DNA of 64,000 nucleotides from Octopus vulgaris (Eukaryota): NCBI GenBank assembly GCA_951406725.2, contig OX597831.1, positions 17,918,001 to 17,982,000 of the forward strand, read 5' to 3'. Shown piece by piece: positions 40,343 to 56,262 of this stretch (position 1 is its first letter; each line of letters starts with the position of its first letter). The notes under the pieces were generated by a model. It saw only the letters and a program-made list of their open reading frames with translations, ran no database searches and was not told where the DNA came from. The position numbers and the translations under genes were made by a program.

Positions 40343-41817
40343 GAAAGATAAATTTATTTTCTATGTTTATAACTAGTGTTTCTTTTTCGATTTTGGGTGA
40401 ATTATTAGATTATTAATATACCTTAAATTTGTATTGGGCTTATGACATGGTTCATATTAACTAGCTACAAGATTGGAGTTAATATCTAAAATTTAACAGA
40501 GTCATTTTCGTTTTTCAAGATTAAGTTACCATAATTATTTTAAAATCATACAATCTTTTCTTATATATTTCTAATTTTCTCTTTTATGGATTTTTAATTA
40601 GAAATAGCTCATCATCCCTTTTATAATCTGCACCTTATTTCAGTGAATTCCTTATTTAATTCATACAGAATGTATTTACCTAGCATCCACGTTACTTAGC
40701 CTGATTTAGCGGACCCCATGCTAATGGCAAATTCTAACGCAATAATTATTATCAAAATTTATCACTCATTTTCTAGGAGTTGACAAAACATTAATTTCTC
40801 TCATATTCGAGTTAGTGTAACTTTTAGTGAGAATAAAGGCCTTATTCAACATTATCTGATTTATGCATGAGTAATAGCTGTCAAAATCAACTTGTAAAAA
40901 ATTTAATTTGTGTTTTATTAATTATTCTATTCAACCGGCGTACTGTTTCTTAGGTATTTGCCGAAAGTTCAAGTTTAAGATTCAGTATATTTATCTAAGA
41001 TAATCTTACTTAATATACACATGTTAGATTTTCCGGGGCATATAAATCATATTTTAGGGTTAGTTAGTTTCCACATTGACTTTCAGAGTGAATTTAGGTC
41101 GTTTAGAAATAAATGGCTCCTTTCTATCTTCAATTTTATATTCTGACATTATTTCATTAGATTCCAAGTTAATTAATCTTAATACGTTCTTACTAAATAC
41201 TTCATAGTTTTTCGGAATTTCTTTCGCAAAGAGTTAATGGTATTTATCAAGGTTTAAATTATACATATTTCCTGTTTTATCCGAGTGTACTAAAATTTCA
41301 TTCTTTCTTTTGAGTTCCCGGCTGAAAGATTTCGCATTTTTTAAATGTATATTCCTTCTTAGTGTATATTTCTGAAATTTAATGTCGTTCACTATGTTCC
41401 ATACATTAAACGGGTCAAGGTGACTGCTAAGCCGCGGTATTTATATACGCATATATATAAACACACCCACACACAATAATACATCAACAAAGACATCCAC
41501 ACTTGATTGATTTCTATATCATCATTCAAACACATACATAAACCCACATGAAGATGGATTTATTTCAATATATTTCGTTTTCCTTTATTCTATTTTATTT
41601 ACTTTATTTTATTTTACTTCTATCTTACTTCATAATATATTCTTTTTTACTTTAATCTATTATTTTACAATTATATATTTAATTTATTTTTGCAAACTAT
41701 ACCTTTATTTATATACCTAAAGGAATAACTTAGAAGGGAACATATATACCAATACGCATGCACATTGGTGTATAAACTATTGACATACAAACTTGTATAT
41801 ATACGTACATAAGTGTA

Positions 41818-41851
<34 letters not shown>

Positions 41852-41901
41852 CTTACATATGGCGTGTATATATGCATACATACATATATATATATATATA
41901 T

Positions 41902-41973
<72 letters not shown>

Positions 41974-42054
41974 CGCAAACACATACGCACACACGTATGG
42001 AAAGATGCGTACAAATGTTGATTTATGTTTATTTTATTTTATTCCATAAACAAA

Positions 42055-42133
<79 letters not shown>

Positions 42134-42159
42134 TTCATTTTTATTATTATTATTTTTAA

Positions 42160-45100
42160 TATTATTATTATTCTATGTTTGACTTTTGATTTATGTCTGT
42201 ATAAGTCGGCTTCAAGTCTCACCCAGAGACCTCAAGAGACAACAGGTTGGGAGTTCACGTTGTTGTTATGCCTAGTGTGCCATTTATTTCGTTTTGTATT
42301 TAGTTTCGTGCAAGTGAATGCCTAAAAAAAGAATGTTATGTTTGTTTTAAACCTTGAGATTACATAGAAAGTATTTTGCGTAGGATATGCGCAGTTCTCA
42401 TGAGCATTATCTTTTGAATTTCTGCCATTTTGGGGTTTCCTGGTATCTGAGTTAGGTAGTAATCAGCCCCTTTTGCTCTCATTCCCAGGGCACCTATGAC
42501 AACAGGTATTGTTTTAGTCTTCGGGTTCCATATTTTGCTGATTTCTATTTCGAGATATTTATATTTTCTCAGTTTTTGGTAGGTCTTGACAGATACGTTT
42601 ATATCGATTGGGACAGTCATATCAATGGGGAGGTATGTTCTTTGTCTGAAGTCTTTCAATATGATGTCTGACCTATTTGCATCTATCTTCCTGTCAGTTT
42701 GAATGGTGAAGTTCCAGAGGAGTGAGATGTGGTCCTTTTCAAGCACTGGAGGTGGATTGTGTTCCCACCAGTTTTTTTCAGGGAGCAAATCAAGGTTTTT
42801 TCAAATTACCCAGTGAATATATTGTGCATGTCTATCATGCCTGTTGAGGTACTCTGTAGGCGCTAGAAGACTGCATTTGGAGACAACATGATCAATGGTT
42901 TCATTTTGTTGTCGACATACACGACATGTTGGGCTACTGCCATTCTTTAATATGTTGGCCTGGTAGTTTCTTGTTGGTAGGCATTGATCTTGAGCTGCTA
43001 TGATAAACCCCTCTGTTTCAGATTTTAAGCCAGAGGCCATTAGCCATTGGTGGGTCAGGGCTTTGTCAATATCTGCATTATTCGCTCTCTTTGGGTATTT
43101 GCCATAGAGAGGTTTTTCTTGACATTTATTATTCAGAATATCTAAGCCAGCAGATTTAGCACGGGTTTTCATGCGCTTAGCTTTTTCTGTGCCTGTTTCT
43201 TTTTTGTCTATCTCTAATTCCGAAATTTGTTGTATTCGAAATTCACTTAGATATTCCTTTGCCTGTTTTGTTACTGAGTATGATGCTTTCTTGTTTTCAT
43301 GTTTTGAGACAAGTTTTAACATCCAGACCTCATAGTTTTTCAGGTCGGTGTCTAGGCCAATTGTAGCAATCTTCATTGTTATTTCCAGTTGCAAAAGACC
43401 ACGGCCTCCCTCTTTTCTTGGCAGATAGAGACGTTCTGTATCTGCCTTAGGGTGGTGCATTCTATGCATTGTCAACAGTTTCCTTATTTTTCTGTCGAGC
43501 TGACATATTTCAGTTAACAATATTGTTAACCAGTTAACAATATTGACCAGTTAACAATATTGAAACTGTAAGTCACGACTGGTATGGCTAATGCATTGAT
43601 CGCTTCGATCCTGTTTCTTGCATTCAGCTCTGTCTTGATTATTTCTCTCACTCTTCGATAGTATTCTCTCCTGATCCTTTCCTGCATCTCTGAATGCCTT
43701 ATTCCGTTCCCTTCAATTACCCCTTGGTACTTGTAGCTCTCCGCTGGGTCCAGTTCTTTTATGACATTCTGCTGTTAGATGTTTCCGTCATTTTTCCTTT
43801 GATAAATGTAGCTTTTGCACTGAATTGTTTGACTATCGCTAGTAAGCCCTTCAGTTGTTGGTCATTTTTTGCAAAAAGCTTTAAATTGTCCATGTAAATG
43901 ACATGATTTGTATGTTTATCAAACATTTTATATGCCCGTACCGCTTGTCATTGAGCAGCTTTGAGAGAGGTATTAAGGCTATACAAAAGAGGAGTTGTAA
44001 CAGTGAGTCACCCTGGAAAATGCCATACGAAATTTTTACATCACCAGCAATTAGGGATTCATTGTCACTGTTCAGAGTTAGTGTGGTTCTCCATGATCTC
44101 ATACTTACAGTCAAGAAATTTCGCAGAGTAGGTGCTATCTTATACATTTCCAGGCATTACCTAATCCAGCTATGTGGTAGGCTATCAAAAGCCTTTTTAT
44201 AGTCTATCCAGGCTATTGATAAGTTTTTGTGTCGTTTGTGACAATTTTCTAAGATCATCTTATTGATGAGTAGTTGGTCCTTACAGCCGTAGGATCCACG
44301 TTTACATCCTTTCTGTTCATTAGGGAATATGCTGCTGTCTGTTAAAAACTATAGGTATATTCCGTCAGGACATATGTTAGCGTTTTGTACATCGTTGTTA
44401 AGCAGGTTATGGGTCTATAGTTTTTTGGTTCATTGTTTCTTCACTTTTTTGAAGCAGGAATGTTAATCCATTAACTAGCCAAGGAGGCATTTTACTAGGG
44501 TGTTGCAAAACATCATTGTACAGTTCTGTTAGCAGTTCATGGCTCTCTGGGAAGGCATTCAGCCAGAAGTTAGGAATTCTATCCTTTCCTGGAGACTTTA
44601 ATTTGCTTGACCTCCTGGGAGCAGATCTTATATCTTCTACCTTGACACCCTCCCACTTTTGCTCTTCTAAGGGGTCCAGTTCTGTAGATATTCTGTCAAT
44701 CAGGGGGCCTTTTCGTTGTGTGTTTTTTGTTCTGCCCAGATTTTATTCCAAAATCCCTGCACTTCTTCTTTTGATGGTACAGACCTTGCAGTAAACGCTG
44801 TTTTTCCTATCTTCCTGTAAACATTCTTTGGATTTTTTTTTAACATGTTGTTGTCCTTGAAAAATCTAACACGCTTTTCATACCTCGCTATGCGGGCACC
44901 TTTGGCAGATGCCTTTTGTTTGATGGTTTCTATGGTGGCATCAATATCCAGAATAGTTTTCATATTCTATTTTTTCAGTAATTTTTGTGTATTTGTAGAT
45001 TTGGTAGTCTTGTGAGTCTTAAGGTTTTTCAAATATTCAATGTCAGATCTAAATAGTTTAATTTGTTGTTGCAAACGCTCTTGCCAAGAAGGCTTTTTGT

Positions 45101-45745
45101 GGGAATGTTGCCGTTTTCTAATTTTTACACTAATTAGGATCGTTGAGATTTTCGCGGATGCATAGTATAGGTGGTTGAGACTTGTGATATCAACATCATT
45201 AGCTGAAATTATATCCTTAAGTGCAAGCTGGATTTTACCAATTATTTTCATGTTTTGATTAGAGTTCCGCATTTTAGGGAGTGTATCACGTTCATCCAAG
45301 CTCGTTTCTTTAATTTTCAGCCATTCAATCATGATTTGATTATTTATCTCATGTAGTTCTGTTGGGTCAATATTTGTGTGACTTACTTTAACTATTTGAT
45401 GCTCATCTGTCATAGTGTTTATGATTGGTTCAGGGAGTATTTCACTTTGCCTATCACTTATACTAACTCTTTCAATCCTCACTTCGTTTTTATCAGTTCT
45501 GGGCTGGTCTATAATTATTTCCTCTGTATTATCTTCTCTAGCTGCAGCTTCGTTCATTTTATCCGATATTGCTTGTCTAACTTAGTTAATCTCTACTTCA
45601 GTCAGTAATTTTTTTTTTTATAATGATTCTTCTGACGTTGGCAAGTTTGTTACTGTCTAAGTTGGGTCTTAATTCAGGATGTTTCTCTCTCCAGTTTAAG
45701 TAGGTTTGTACTATGTTAGATTTATCTGTGGGGAAATATATGGCT
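42160..45745 (-). mobile_element. Dong/R4 retrotransposon, near full length, frameshifted
   Basis: RT (GIFQGDSL), HHPKAD, CRVC..ETIDHV..C, RHD and C-terminal REL endonuclease region; flanked by (TAA)n. Confidence 0.93.
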
Positions 45746-46200
45746 ATTATTATTATTATTATTATTAATATTTTTATTATCATTGTTATTATTTTATTAT
45801 TGTTATTATTATTATTACTATTATTACCATTATTATAATTTTTACTACTACTACTATTATAATTAATTTCACTGTTGTTGTTATTATTATTATCGTTAGT
45901 ACTTTTATTGAATTAAAAAGAATGATAATAATCTGAACGTATGCGTGCCCCCACACAATTTCATACACACATAATAAACATGACTATATATTCTGAGTAT
46001 ACCAAACTGATCATAATGTAATCTTTGTGTTGTGTTTCGTACAATGTTTCAGTAAAATGTTTTTTCAATGCTGAATTATATATTTATAGATGTTTTTTAA
46101 ATCTAATTTCGTCTGTGAAAAGCAACAATTACAAGACAAAGCAATTTAAACTTCATTGGACTGATATAATCATTGTCATTATAATTATTATTATCATTAA

Positions 46201-46255
<55 letters not shown>

Positions 46256-46265
46256 GTTATTATTA

Positions 46266-47705
<1,440 letters not shown>

Positions 47706-47789
47706 AATTATTATTATCATTATTATTATTATTATTGTTATTATAATTATTATTATCAATATTATTATTAATATTATTATTATTATTAT

Positions 47790-50700
47790 TGTTATTACTT
47801 TTTTCCTCTTTCAAATTTGCTTCCATTTCTTGCAGAGTGTCTTCCCGACTCCTAGGGCAAAGAAACACATAGTTTACATTGGTAGGACATTAAATTAAAA
47901 TCAATAGTTCGTTAATTTTTTTTTTCAAGTTGAATTAAAATACATGGGTAGTAATAGTTCTCACTGCGACAATGCTCTTCTCAATACGTCTGTTGTACCA
48001 GTTAAGACAATCGTTTGCACTTCTTGCAGGGATGGTAAGCCAGGGATCATTCTCATATAATTTTCGGTTCCCTTCTTGATCATTCATAGTGCTCCTACGA
48101 TCACTGGTATTGTAACCGCCTTGAGATGCCACATTTTCTCAATTTCAATGAGTAGGTCTTTACATTTTCTGAGCTTGTCAAACTGTTTCGCCGAGATATT
48201 ATGATCACAGGGGATACTCATGTCGATTAATAAGCAAACTCTATTGTTTTGGTCTTTCACAACAATATCTGGTTTATTGGCTTTGCTGGTTCGGTCTGTA
48301 TGTACTGGAAAGTCCCACAGAATGGTTACATTTTCTCCTTCAGTTACAGCCTCAGGGTGGTGATTATATCACTTGTCAGCAGTTTTGATATTGTAATACC
48401 GACTTATTAGCCAGTGTAGATATTGGCCAACTCTGTCATGTCTTAATTTATACTCCACTGGTGCTAAGACTTTACATCCAGTGATTAGGTGGTCCACTGT
48501 TTCAATCATGTCGTTGTAGAATCGGCATTTTAGGTCTGCTCCATTTTTCATCACATTGGCCTGGTAGTTCCGGGTTTATAGGCTTTGATCTTGAGCCGCC
48601 AGGATGAAACCTTCACTCTCTGCTTTTAGCCCTGAGCTCCGTAGCCACTGATGGGTTTGCTTCTGGTCAACATCAGCCTGTTTGCTGCGGGCCACAAATT
48701 TGCCGTGCAGAGGTTTCTCCTCCCACCTACCAGCAAATTGCTCGTGCACTTTTTCCGTTGCCATTTCTTTCACCTTCTTTGCAACAATAGTTGCCGTACT
48801 TCCCTCGGGTTGTTCAGTTTGGGTATCCTGCACGTGATCAATAGCAAATTTTTTGGTTTCCTTTATGATAGAATGAAGCTTCTTTCGTCTCTCTTGATTT
48901 TCCACGAGCTTTAGCATCCAGTCATTCGTTATTTCAAGATATTTGGCCAGTCCAATTGTGGTTGTTTTGTAAGCTAGTTCAAATTGGATCAAACCTCGAC
49001 CTCCTTGGGCTCTGAGAAGGTAAATGCTATCTACGTCTTCCTTTGGGTGTTGCAACCTATTACAAATCAGCAGCTTGCGTATTTTCCTGTCTATATTCTT
49101 TACTTCACTCATATTCCAGTTCAACACATTGTAGCTATAAGTAACAACTGGAACTGCTAAGGAATTTAGTGCATTTAGTTCAGATTTCAGGACTACACGA
49201 ACTCTCCTATAACATTCCTTCCTGATCTTCTCTTTCATGCTTACATGCTGAATACCAGAGCCTTCATTTATCCCTAAATATTTTATGTTTGTTCTTGCTC
49301 AAGCTCACTTATGACTGTGTCAACATCTAACACGACTGAATTTGTGGTCTTCACTTTCCGTTTCTGGAAAGTGGCCTTGGCACACTTCTCAAGCCCAAAC
49401 TCCATCCCGATGCTTTCACAGTGCGCAATAGGCCTTCAAGTTCATTATTGTCTTTACCATAGAGTTTTAAGTCACCCTGTTGGCAAGTTTATACCCATAA
49501 CATGTTCTGTTTAATTCACTTGTAAGGGGTATTAGAGCTATGCAGAATATTAAAGGTGAAAGTGAGTCACCTTGAAAAATTCCACAGTTGATGTTTATAT
49601 TTTCTGAGGCAAGTACTCCATTAGAGTGGTATAATTGGAGATTCGTATTCCACAACGACATATTGTGCTTCAGGAAGTTTGAAATCACAGGGGAAATTTT
49701 GAAGATGTCAAGCGAACTCAAGATCCATGGATGCGGTATATTGTCGAAGGCCTTTTTATAGTCAATCCATGCGGAGCTGAGATTTCTGCGCTTGTTGTGA
49801 CAGTTCTCAAGGATCATACGATTAATTAGCAGTTGATCTTTGCATCCATATGAGCCTCGGCGGTACCCTTTTTTTTCAATGGAGAAAATATCGTTCTTCT
49901 CCACGAATACATATGTTTCCTCCGCCAGGATAGATGTTAGGATTTTTTACGTGGTGGATAGACAGGTTATAGGCCGACAGTTTTATGGAAGGTTGGTTTC
50001 GTTATTCTTTAGGAGTAGTTAAGTAATACCACTTGCTAACCATTTACGTGTTTTCTATGGGTCTTTCATAATTCAATTGAGCAGCTGAACTAGCTTACCG
50101 GGTGCGCATGGGAGCGATGCGAGCCAGAAATTCGGCACCCTATCTTTACCGGGGGATTTCCAATTATGGGCCTTCGTGAGTGCCTTTCTTAGGTCTGCTA
50201 TTGTGATGTCTTCCCATGCCTGTTGTTGTAAATGTTGGTAGGATCATTCAGTTTGTATAATCAAGTCTGCATTTGTGTTGTACGTCTTCTTGTCATTCCA
50301 AATTCTTTTCCAAATGTTTTGAACTTCTTCCATGGGAGGGGGCTCATTAACGGTTACTTTCTCCTTCCCTATTTCTCAGTAGAATTTTTTGCCATTGGAT
50401 GTGAACAGCTTATTTTGCTTGTAAAACTTGTTTCTCTTCTAAAATTTTCGTATTGTTTGGGCTTTAGCTTGGACTTTTTGTTTCAGCGTTTCTTTTATTG
50501 ATATCAGTTCTTCTGTTGGTGAGGATCCAAATTTTCTCTTCATCTTTCTCCTTGTTCTGTATCTTACATCATTTCCACATATTAGTTCATTTAATATTGA
50601 TATTTCCCCTCTCATAAATTCAATCTCTTTTTCAACTTTACTTCTCCAGGTTTGATTTCTTCCCAGGTTTTGTTTTCCTTGTTTTTTCGGGGGCATACAG

Positions 50701-51510
50701 CTGGTTTCAATTGCCCTAGCAGAAGCGTAATAATTTCATTTTACTCAGTAAAATCAGGTTTTAATTCTTGTATTACTTCATTTGTTACATAGTTGCCAAT
50801 TTGGATTTGTTTTTTATTTTGGTTTGTATTTGAGAGTTTATGAAGTGGTTCTCTATCATTCATACTTGTATGTCTTACAACTTCAAGCGTATTCAGGATT
50901 TTCTGCCTCATTTCTGCCATATACTCTCTGTGTTCTTCAGCAAATGCGAGATCTTTAGTTACTGTTGTTTTATCATTTTCCTGGTTATTTTTAACAGGTT
51001 TAATAGAATGTCTTGTATCTTCAGGCCTTTGCGTACTTTGGTCAGATGGCAGTCTTTCAATTAAGCCTCGTGGCGGGCTATACTGTTCATCTGATTCTTC
51101 ATTTCCTTTGTGTCTTATATTTATGTCATTTTCTGTTGCGTGCTTGATCGCGCTTATTTCACTGTCTGTGAGTCTGTTATTTCTAAGTATATCCCTCCTC
51201 ACATTTGCTAATTTGTTCTCGTCCTAATAGGGCCTACTGTCTTGATTCCGTGCTCTTCATATACTGTAAGAGTTTGGTGGTTGTGGTGGTGAACTTGGAG
51301 GGCTCGAGTTGGGGAGTTTCCCGTTCAAGTGACCATCCATGTCCGTATTCGGAGAAGAGTTTGTGCCAGTTGATGACTTTTCGATCCCAGGCCGGCTCTT
51401 CCCTGGGGGACGCGCTTCCAGATTAACCATAGGACAAGCGATTTGGTATACTGATTTAGTTTTCCTTTTAGTTTCCAAAAACATTTTGGTGCTACGATAA
51501 TATTATCATT
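47790..51510 (-). mobile_element. Dong/R4 retrotransposon, near full length, frameshifted
   Basis: [38 protein letters not shown] motifs; ends in (TAA)n. Confidence 0.93.
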
Positions 51511-52084
51511 TTTGAGCTTTGATTGGCTCGTGGGGAGACGGCCATCATTGCCGTTACAACTATAATCGTACCATTATAGCAGCCGTAGTCGGCTTATTAT
51601 TGTTATTATCATCACCATTATTATCACTATTATCATTTTCGCCACTATTACTATCAGCATTATCATCATCACCAACATCATCACCATCATTAATGATATT
51701 GTTTTATGCGTAGTCACAGCAGTATCTTATTATTGTTATGTTTGTTTTTGTTATCATTATCACCATCACATTAGTGTCTGTCTGTCTCGTTGGCTGGCTG
51801 GCTGGGAGGTTGGCTGGCTGGCTGTCTTCAACGCCAGAATTCTTGCCTGTCAAATAATACTTTCATATTTGGTTAACATCTAAAGAGCCGAGGTGAGGTT
51901 TGTGTTGGCTGAACTCTGTGAGTGTGTGTGTGTGTAGATAGATAGATAGATTATCAGCACTATTACTATCATTATTATCATCATCACCATCATCAGTGAT
52001 GTTTATTTGTTTATTTATTTCTTTATTTTTTTATTAGGTCCCAAAAAGTTCAGATGTCTGCTACTACTAGCCGTAAGAAAAATT

Positions 52085-52790
52085 AAGGAAGGGCTATTCT
52101 GTATTGTTTGTGTATAGAGAAGTTGTGTTCGACCAGAGAGAATCTTAGCATCATTATTATTATTTTTTTCCCATGTGCGTTTGTGTTATTGCAATAAAAA
52201 GTGTTTGTATATTTCGTGTAAGGTAATATTGTGGAGGTTGAAGTTGACTTTTTTAGAGATATTTGTATGTCCAGTTAGGAGAACAGGTGTGTTTTTGCAA
52301 TAAAAAGTATATGTTTACATTTATATTTGAATATTCAGGGAGGAAGCAAAGAAAATAAAGAAAAAGAAAAGTCAGATTTTCATAGAAAAATTAAAGGTTT
52401 TGTAAGTCCACAAAAAGAAAAGCGTGATGTTTTTAGAGAGAAGAAAAAAGAAAGATGTTTACAGAGGCAATTGAGGGTATTAAAGTTTTTAAAGCTGAAC
52501 GAATGTATGTTTGAAAACAGTAGATATGTAAATTTGTAAATTTCTTAACTTATTTTGATGGGCTGTTCTGTATTGTTTGTGAATAGAGAAGTTTTGTTCG
52601 ACCAGAGAGAATCTATAATTAGTATCATTATTTTTTCCATGTGCGTTTGTGTTATTGCAATAAAAAGTGTTTGTATATTTCGTGTAAGGTAATATTGTTG
52701 TGGAGGTTGAAGTTGACTTTTCTAGAGATGTTTGTACATCGAGTTAGAAGAACATGTGTGGTTTTGCAATAAAAAGTATATGTTTACGTC
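52085..52790. repeat. ~230-bp direct repeat pair (52090-52320 / 52560-52790)
   Basis: Both begin ggct(a/g)ttctgtattgtttgtg and end gcaataaaaagtatatgtttac. Confidence 0.8.
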
Positions 52791-52910
52791 CAGCCGCTCT
52801 CAAGGCTGGCGCTCCTCTCTTATTATTATTATTATTATTTTTATTATTATTATTGTCATCATTATCATTATTATTAGTTGTAAACTACATACTGATGCCT
52901 TTCCTTGCAT

Positions 52911-53850
52911 TTCTCTAATATAACGCTGGAAGTTCAGTACTAACATTATTACTTACTGGTATTCCTAAACAAAATAATGTCTCCTAAAACGAGAGCGTCA
53001 AAGAACGAACACCAAACAAACGCACGACATGCAGCAAGATATAAGGACGAGAGACACGCACGGTTTGCAGCAGATCACTGTGAAAGAAAGGGAGCACGAC
53101 AAGCCCCTGAAACCGAACATCAAAGAAATGCATGACTTGCAATGAACGGAAGCTCAACGTGCAGCAGAAAAAAAGACGAAAGAAATATACGAATTGCATT
53201 TTATGGTCTTTGCGTGGAATCACATCATACGTAAGAAATTACACAGGAAAGTAGAAATAGACGCGAAAAGGACCAAATATGGAACAGCGAATTTAGGTAA
53301 CATCAGCAATAGTGGTTTCTTGCTTTCAGTTTTAATCCCAATCATTTCTATGAATCTGTAATTGGTTCGATTTCTCACCAATGCTATTACTGTGGTGGTA
53401 AAGATGGTTAAATGAACCAGCTGCATTATGTTGCACAGGTGGGCGGAATTATTCTACCTTTCTTCCTCACCCTTCTGAAGAACTGAAATATTTTCTTCAT
53501 GAGACGTCCCCATATTCAAAGCATCTTCTAAAAATAATACAACACTGTAATAATGCATTCAAAATGACTTCATTTGGAACAAATGTAGTGAGTGAGGGAG
53601 GATTTATACACACATTCAAAATACAAGTGCAAGTATATCATCGAATTGGAAGCAGTTTAGCGCTAGAAAATGAAGACCATAAATTTTTGCAGGTATATTT
53701 CATTAACAATATGCAAAAACAAGCTGAAACAAGATATAGAGTTAATAAAGGGCTTCACTTTGACATAATACAACTTCAACAAATGGTTCATATAATAATA
53801 CTAATACCAAGAATTTCAAATGTACCCTTGATAATACGCAAAACATTTCG
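52911..53850 (+). mobile_element. Helitron 5'/Rep relic
   Basis: TC..TATAACGCTG start, charged N-terminal repeats, NNAFKMTSFG..FKIQVQVYHRIGS..KFLQVYF. Confidence 0.85.
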
Positions 53851-53978
53851 AATTAGTGATCAATTCCGATGGAATATACCCATGGTTTTGACTGATTTAC
53901 TCTCCACCCTTCATCAGGTGTCCTGCTAGAATTTTGAACCCAAACCTCGGTCCTCATTCCTAATGTATCTTTTGCTGA

Positions 53979-54082
<104 letters not shown>

Positions 54083-54093
54083 CATTATTATTA

Positions 54094-54149
<56 letters not shown>

Positions 54150-54151
54150 TA

Positions 54152-54227
<76 letters not shown>

Positions 54228-55028
54228 GTAACCTATTAAAACAGTCGGCAGTGTCTATTAAGCATCACATCAACAGCAGAGTTAGGATCGCCGGCGTTTC
54301 TTCCCACGGTGAGCAATACATGTTGTGATACATAAGTTGGTATTTTGAGCACTTTTAGTGGTATATAATGGTCAAGGGTTATCTTAGTGATGTCGGTACC
54401 TAGTGTGGTATTGTACTGCTAAAAAGGGCTTGGTTGCGGTTCTACAACCAAAAAATTATTTTATTGTGGATATTCATTTAGTGAACGTTTACTCTAATAC
54501 AGTCGCATTGCATTTTGCGAAAGTACATTTAGCAGCATGCAGGAATCTTGCTACACTTCAAGAAATCCATCAATAAGCTCTTTGTTGGTCTATCAAATGC
54601 ACAGCGATGCTTCAGAGAAAATTCTGCACTTACTGAAACGGACCTTTTACGGTTGTGCATGTTTTATTATGGACCAAGTATAACCATATTTACCAGATCT
54701 TATTCTCCTTACGATACCACACAATATCATCCAATATCTTCGAATTACTCTCTTGAAGCTGGTAACAAGGTTTCGTTATTGCTTCTTGAAATAATGAACG
54801 CTTTCGCACATTGCGGTGGGCATGAGTCTTTTGTTTGAAGCTGTATACATTAATTTGCCATTTATATCTACGAAACCCAAAAAGTTCTTGCGAAACAATG
54901 TTAATTCTAACGAGATACCATATACGAATGTTGTGTGTTACTGAAACATACACTTCTTACGATGATTTTGATTGCATTTGATTACAAAGAAGTGTGATAT
55001 CTATCTTTGGTATTTATACGATGCATAC

Positions 55029-55134
55029 CTGCACTCCGCGGACACTCTCAGGTAGCGTGTCATTTCATCGTCGCAAGTTTCCCTTGCTTTAGCCTCGCAA
55101 GCATTCCAAGCGTCAGAGCCCGCGGTTGCTCCAC
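55029..55134 (-). CDS. Gene B exon 2 (106 nt): (G)GATAGSDAWNACEAKARETCDDEMTRYLRVSAEC(R/S)
   Basis: Acceptor ttttattttcaattcatag|, donor AG|gtatgc, GC-rich relative to flanks. Paralog of 10339-10444. Confidence 0.9.
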
Positions 55135-56222
55135 CTATGAATTGAAAATAAAATCTCTTTTTATATATCAACTTGAATTTTTCCGCATCAGTTTTAAGCT
55201 ATTTGAAAGGTGTAATTCGATTCTTCCATCATCATACAGGAAAAGAAATCTGAAAGTTTATATTGTGGAACATGACGTTGTATCCTAATATTTGTTTGAA
55301 ATGGAAACGAGAAGTTGCTGAAGTTGAGATTTTGTGAAACTTTCACACCAATTATTTTATTTGCCTGTTTTCATTTCTCGTACATTGACGTCAATTTTTT
55401 TATGCTTGGTCAAATACATTGCACAATATCGACAACGGCCTCATCCCACGTCACATCCTTATTTTTATAATAAGTGAATATAGCACACATTAATGGCATC
55501 AAGTCGATGTCGTTGGCATAGTTATAAAGACCTTCACTTGTAACCCAAACGAATTTATATTTATCTCCTTCAAATTTGACACAAATTAAAGAAATCAATC
55601 GCATAGTAAAAACTTATACCTAAGTCAAGTGCCACGTAAGTATTTGACGAATGCTTAACCGCTTGCATTATATAAAGTTGGACAGTTGGGAGTGAAGTAC
55701 AGAGAGAGTACATAGAATATAGCAATAGAAACCAAACAAGTAGATCAGAATTCGAATACAAGAAGTAAAATGAGTGTAAATAATTATAATTAACTAAAGA
55801 TTGAATGAAAACAAAATAAAGAGAAAAAGAAATCGATATAAGAATATATTAAAAGGATAAAATATGAAGCGTGTAAATCAAAAGTAAGTGAATACTAAAT
55901 GATTAAGTATATATATAAATATATTGTTGATAATAATAAGCGAAATAAAAAGAAAAAAATCGGCAGATTTATTAGTGGGACACTAATACATCTGTCGATC
56001 TGTTGATAAATATTTGAAGAGGTTAAAAGAGAAATATCAATATACAGAGAGGTATTATGATAGCTCTAGAATCCAAAAGCTATGGAGATATATTTGCTGA
56101 TTGATATAATCATTGACATTTTAGGTTCCCACGGAAAACTCATGGAATACTCATGGACTACTAATGGAGTGTTTATGGAATACATATGAAGTAACGATGG
56201 AATAGTTAATATGCATACTCAC

Positions 56223-56262
56223 CAACAAAAAGCAGTAAAGTTAAAGTGGAAATGGTTATCAT
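56223..56262 (-). CDS. Gene B first coding exon (whole exon 56223-56300): signal peptide MITISTLTLLLFV(G); further in-frame ATGs at 56289 and 56286
   Basis: Acceptor gctatctccag|, donor G|gtgagt, hydrophobic stretch, phase 1. Homologous to 20066-20152. Confidence 0.85.

Larger units (their letters stand above)
37600..41430 (-). mobile_element. Highly decayed Penelope-like element hosting later SINE and CR1 insertions
   Basis: Minus-strand remnants ILVHSDKTGNMY, ISKIILDK, ISMGS, RDD and a C-x2-C C-terminus, in PLE order. Confidence 0.6.

Noticed and set aside
52957-52964. 8-nt micro-exon candidate tttag|GAATACCA|gtaagt
   Set aside because: It falls inside the 5' end of a Helitron relic with no clear paralogous support, though it is not formally excluded.
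55410-55604. Protein-looking ORF MRLISLICVKFEGDKYKFVW...
   Set aside because: It lies in gene B intron 1 and aligns to gene A intron sequence (~11.0-11.2 kb), where the ORF track shows no equivalent ORF.
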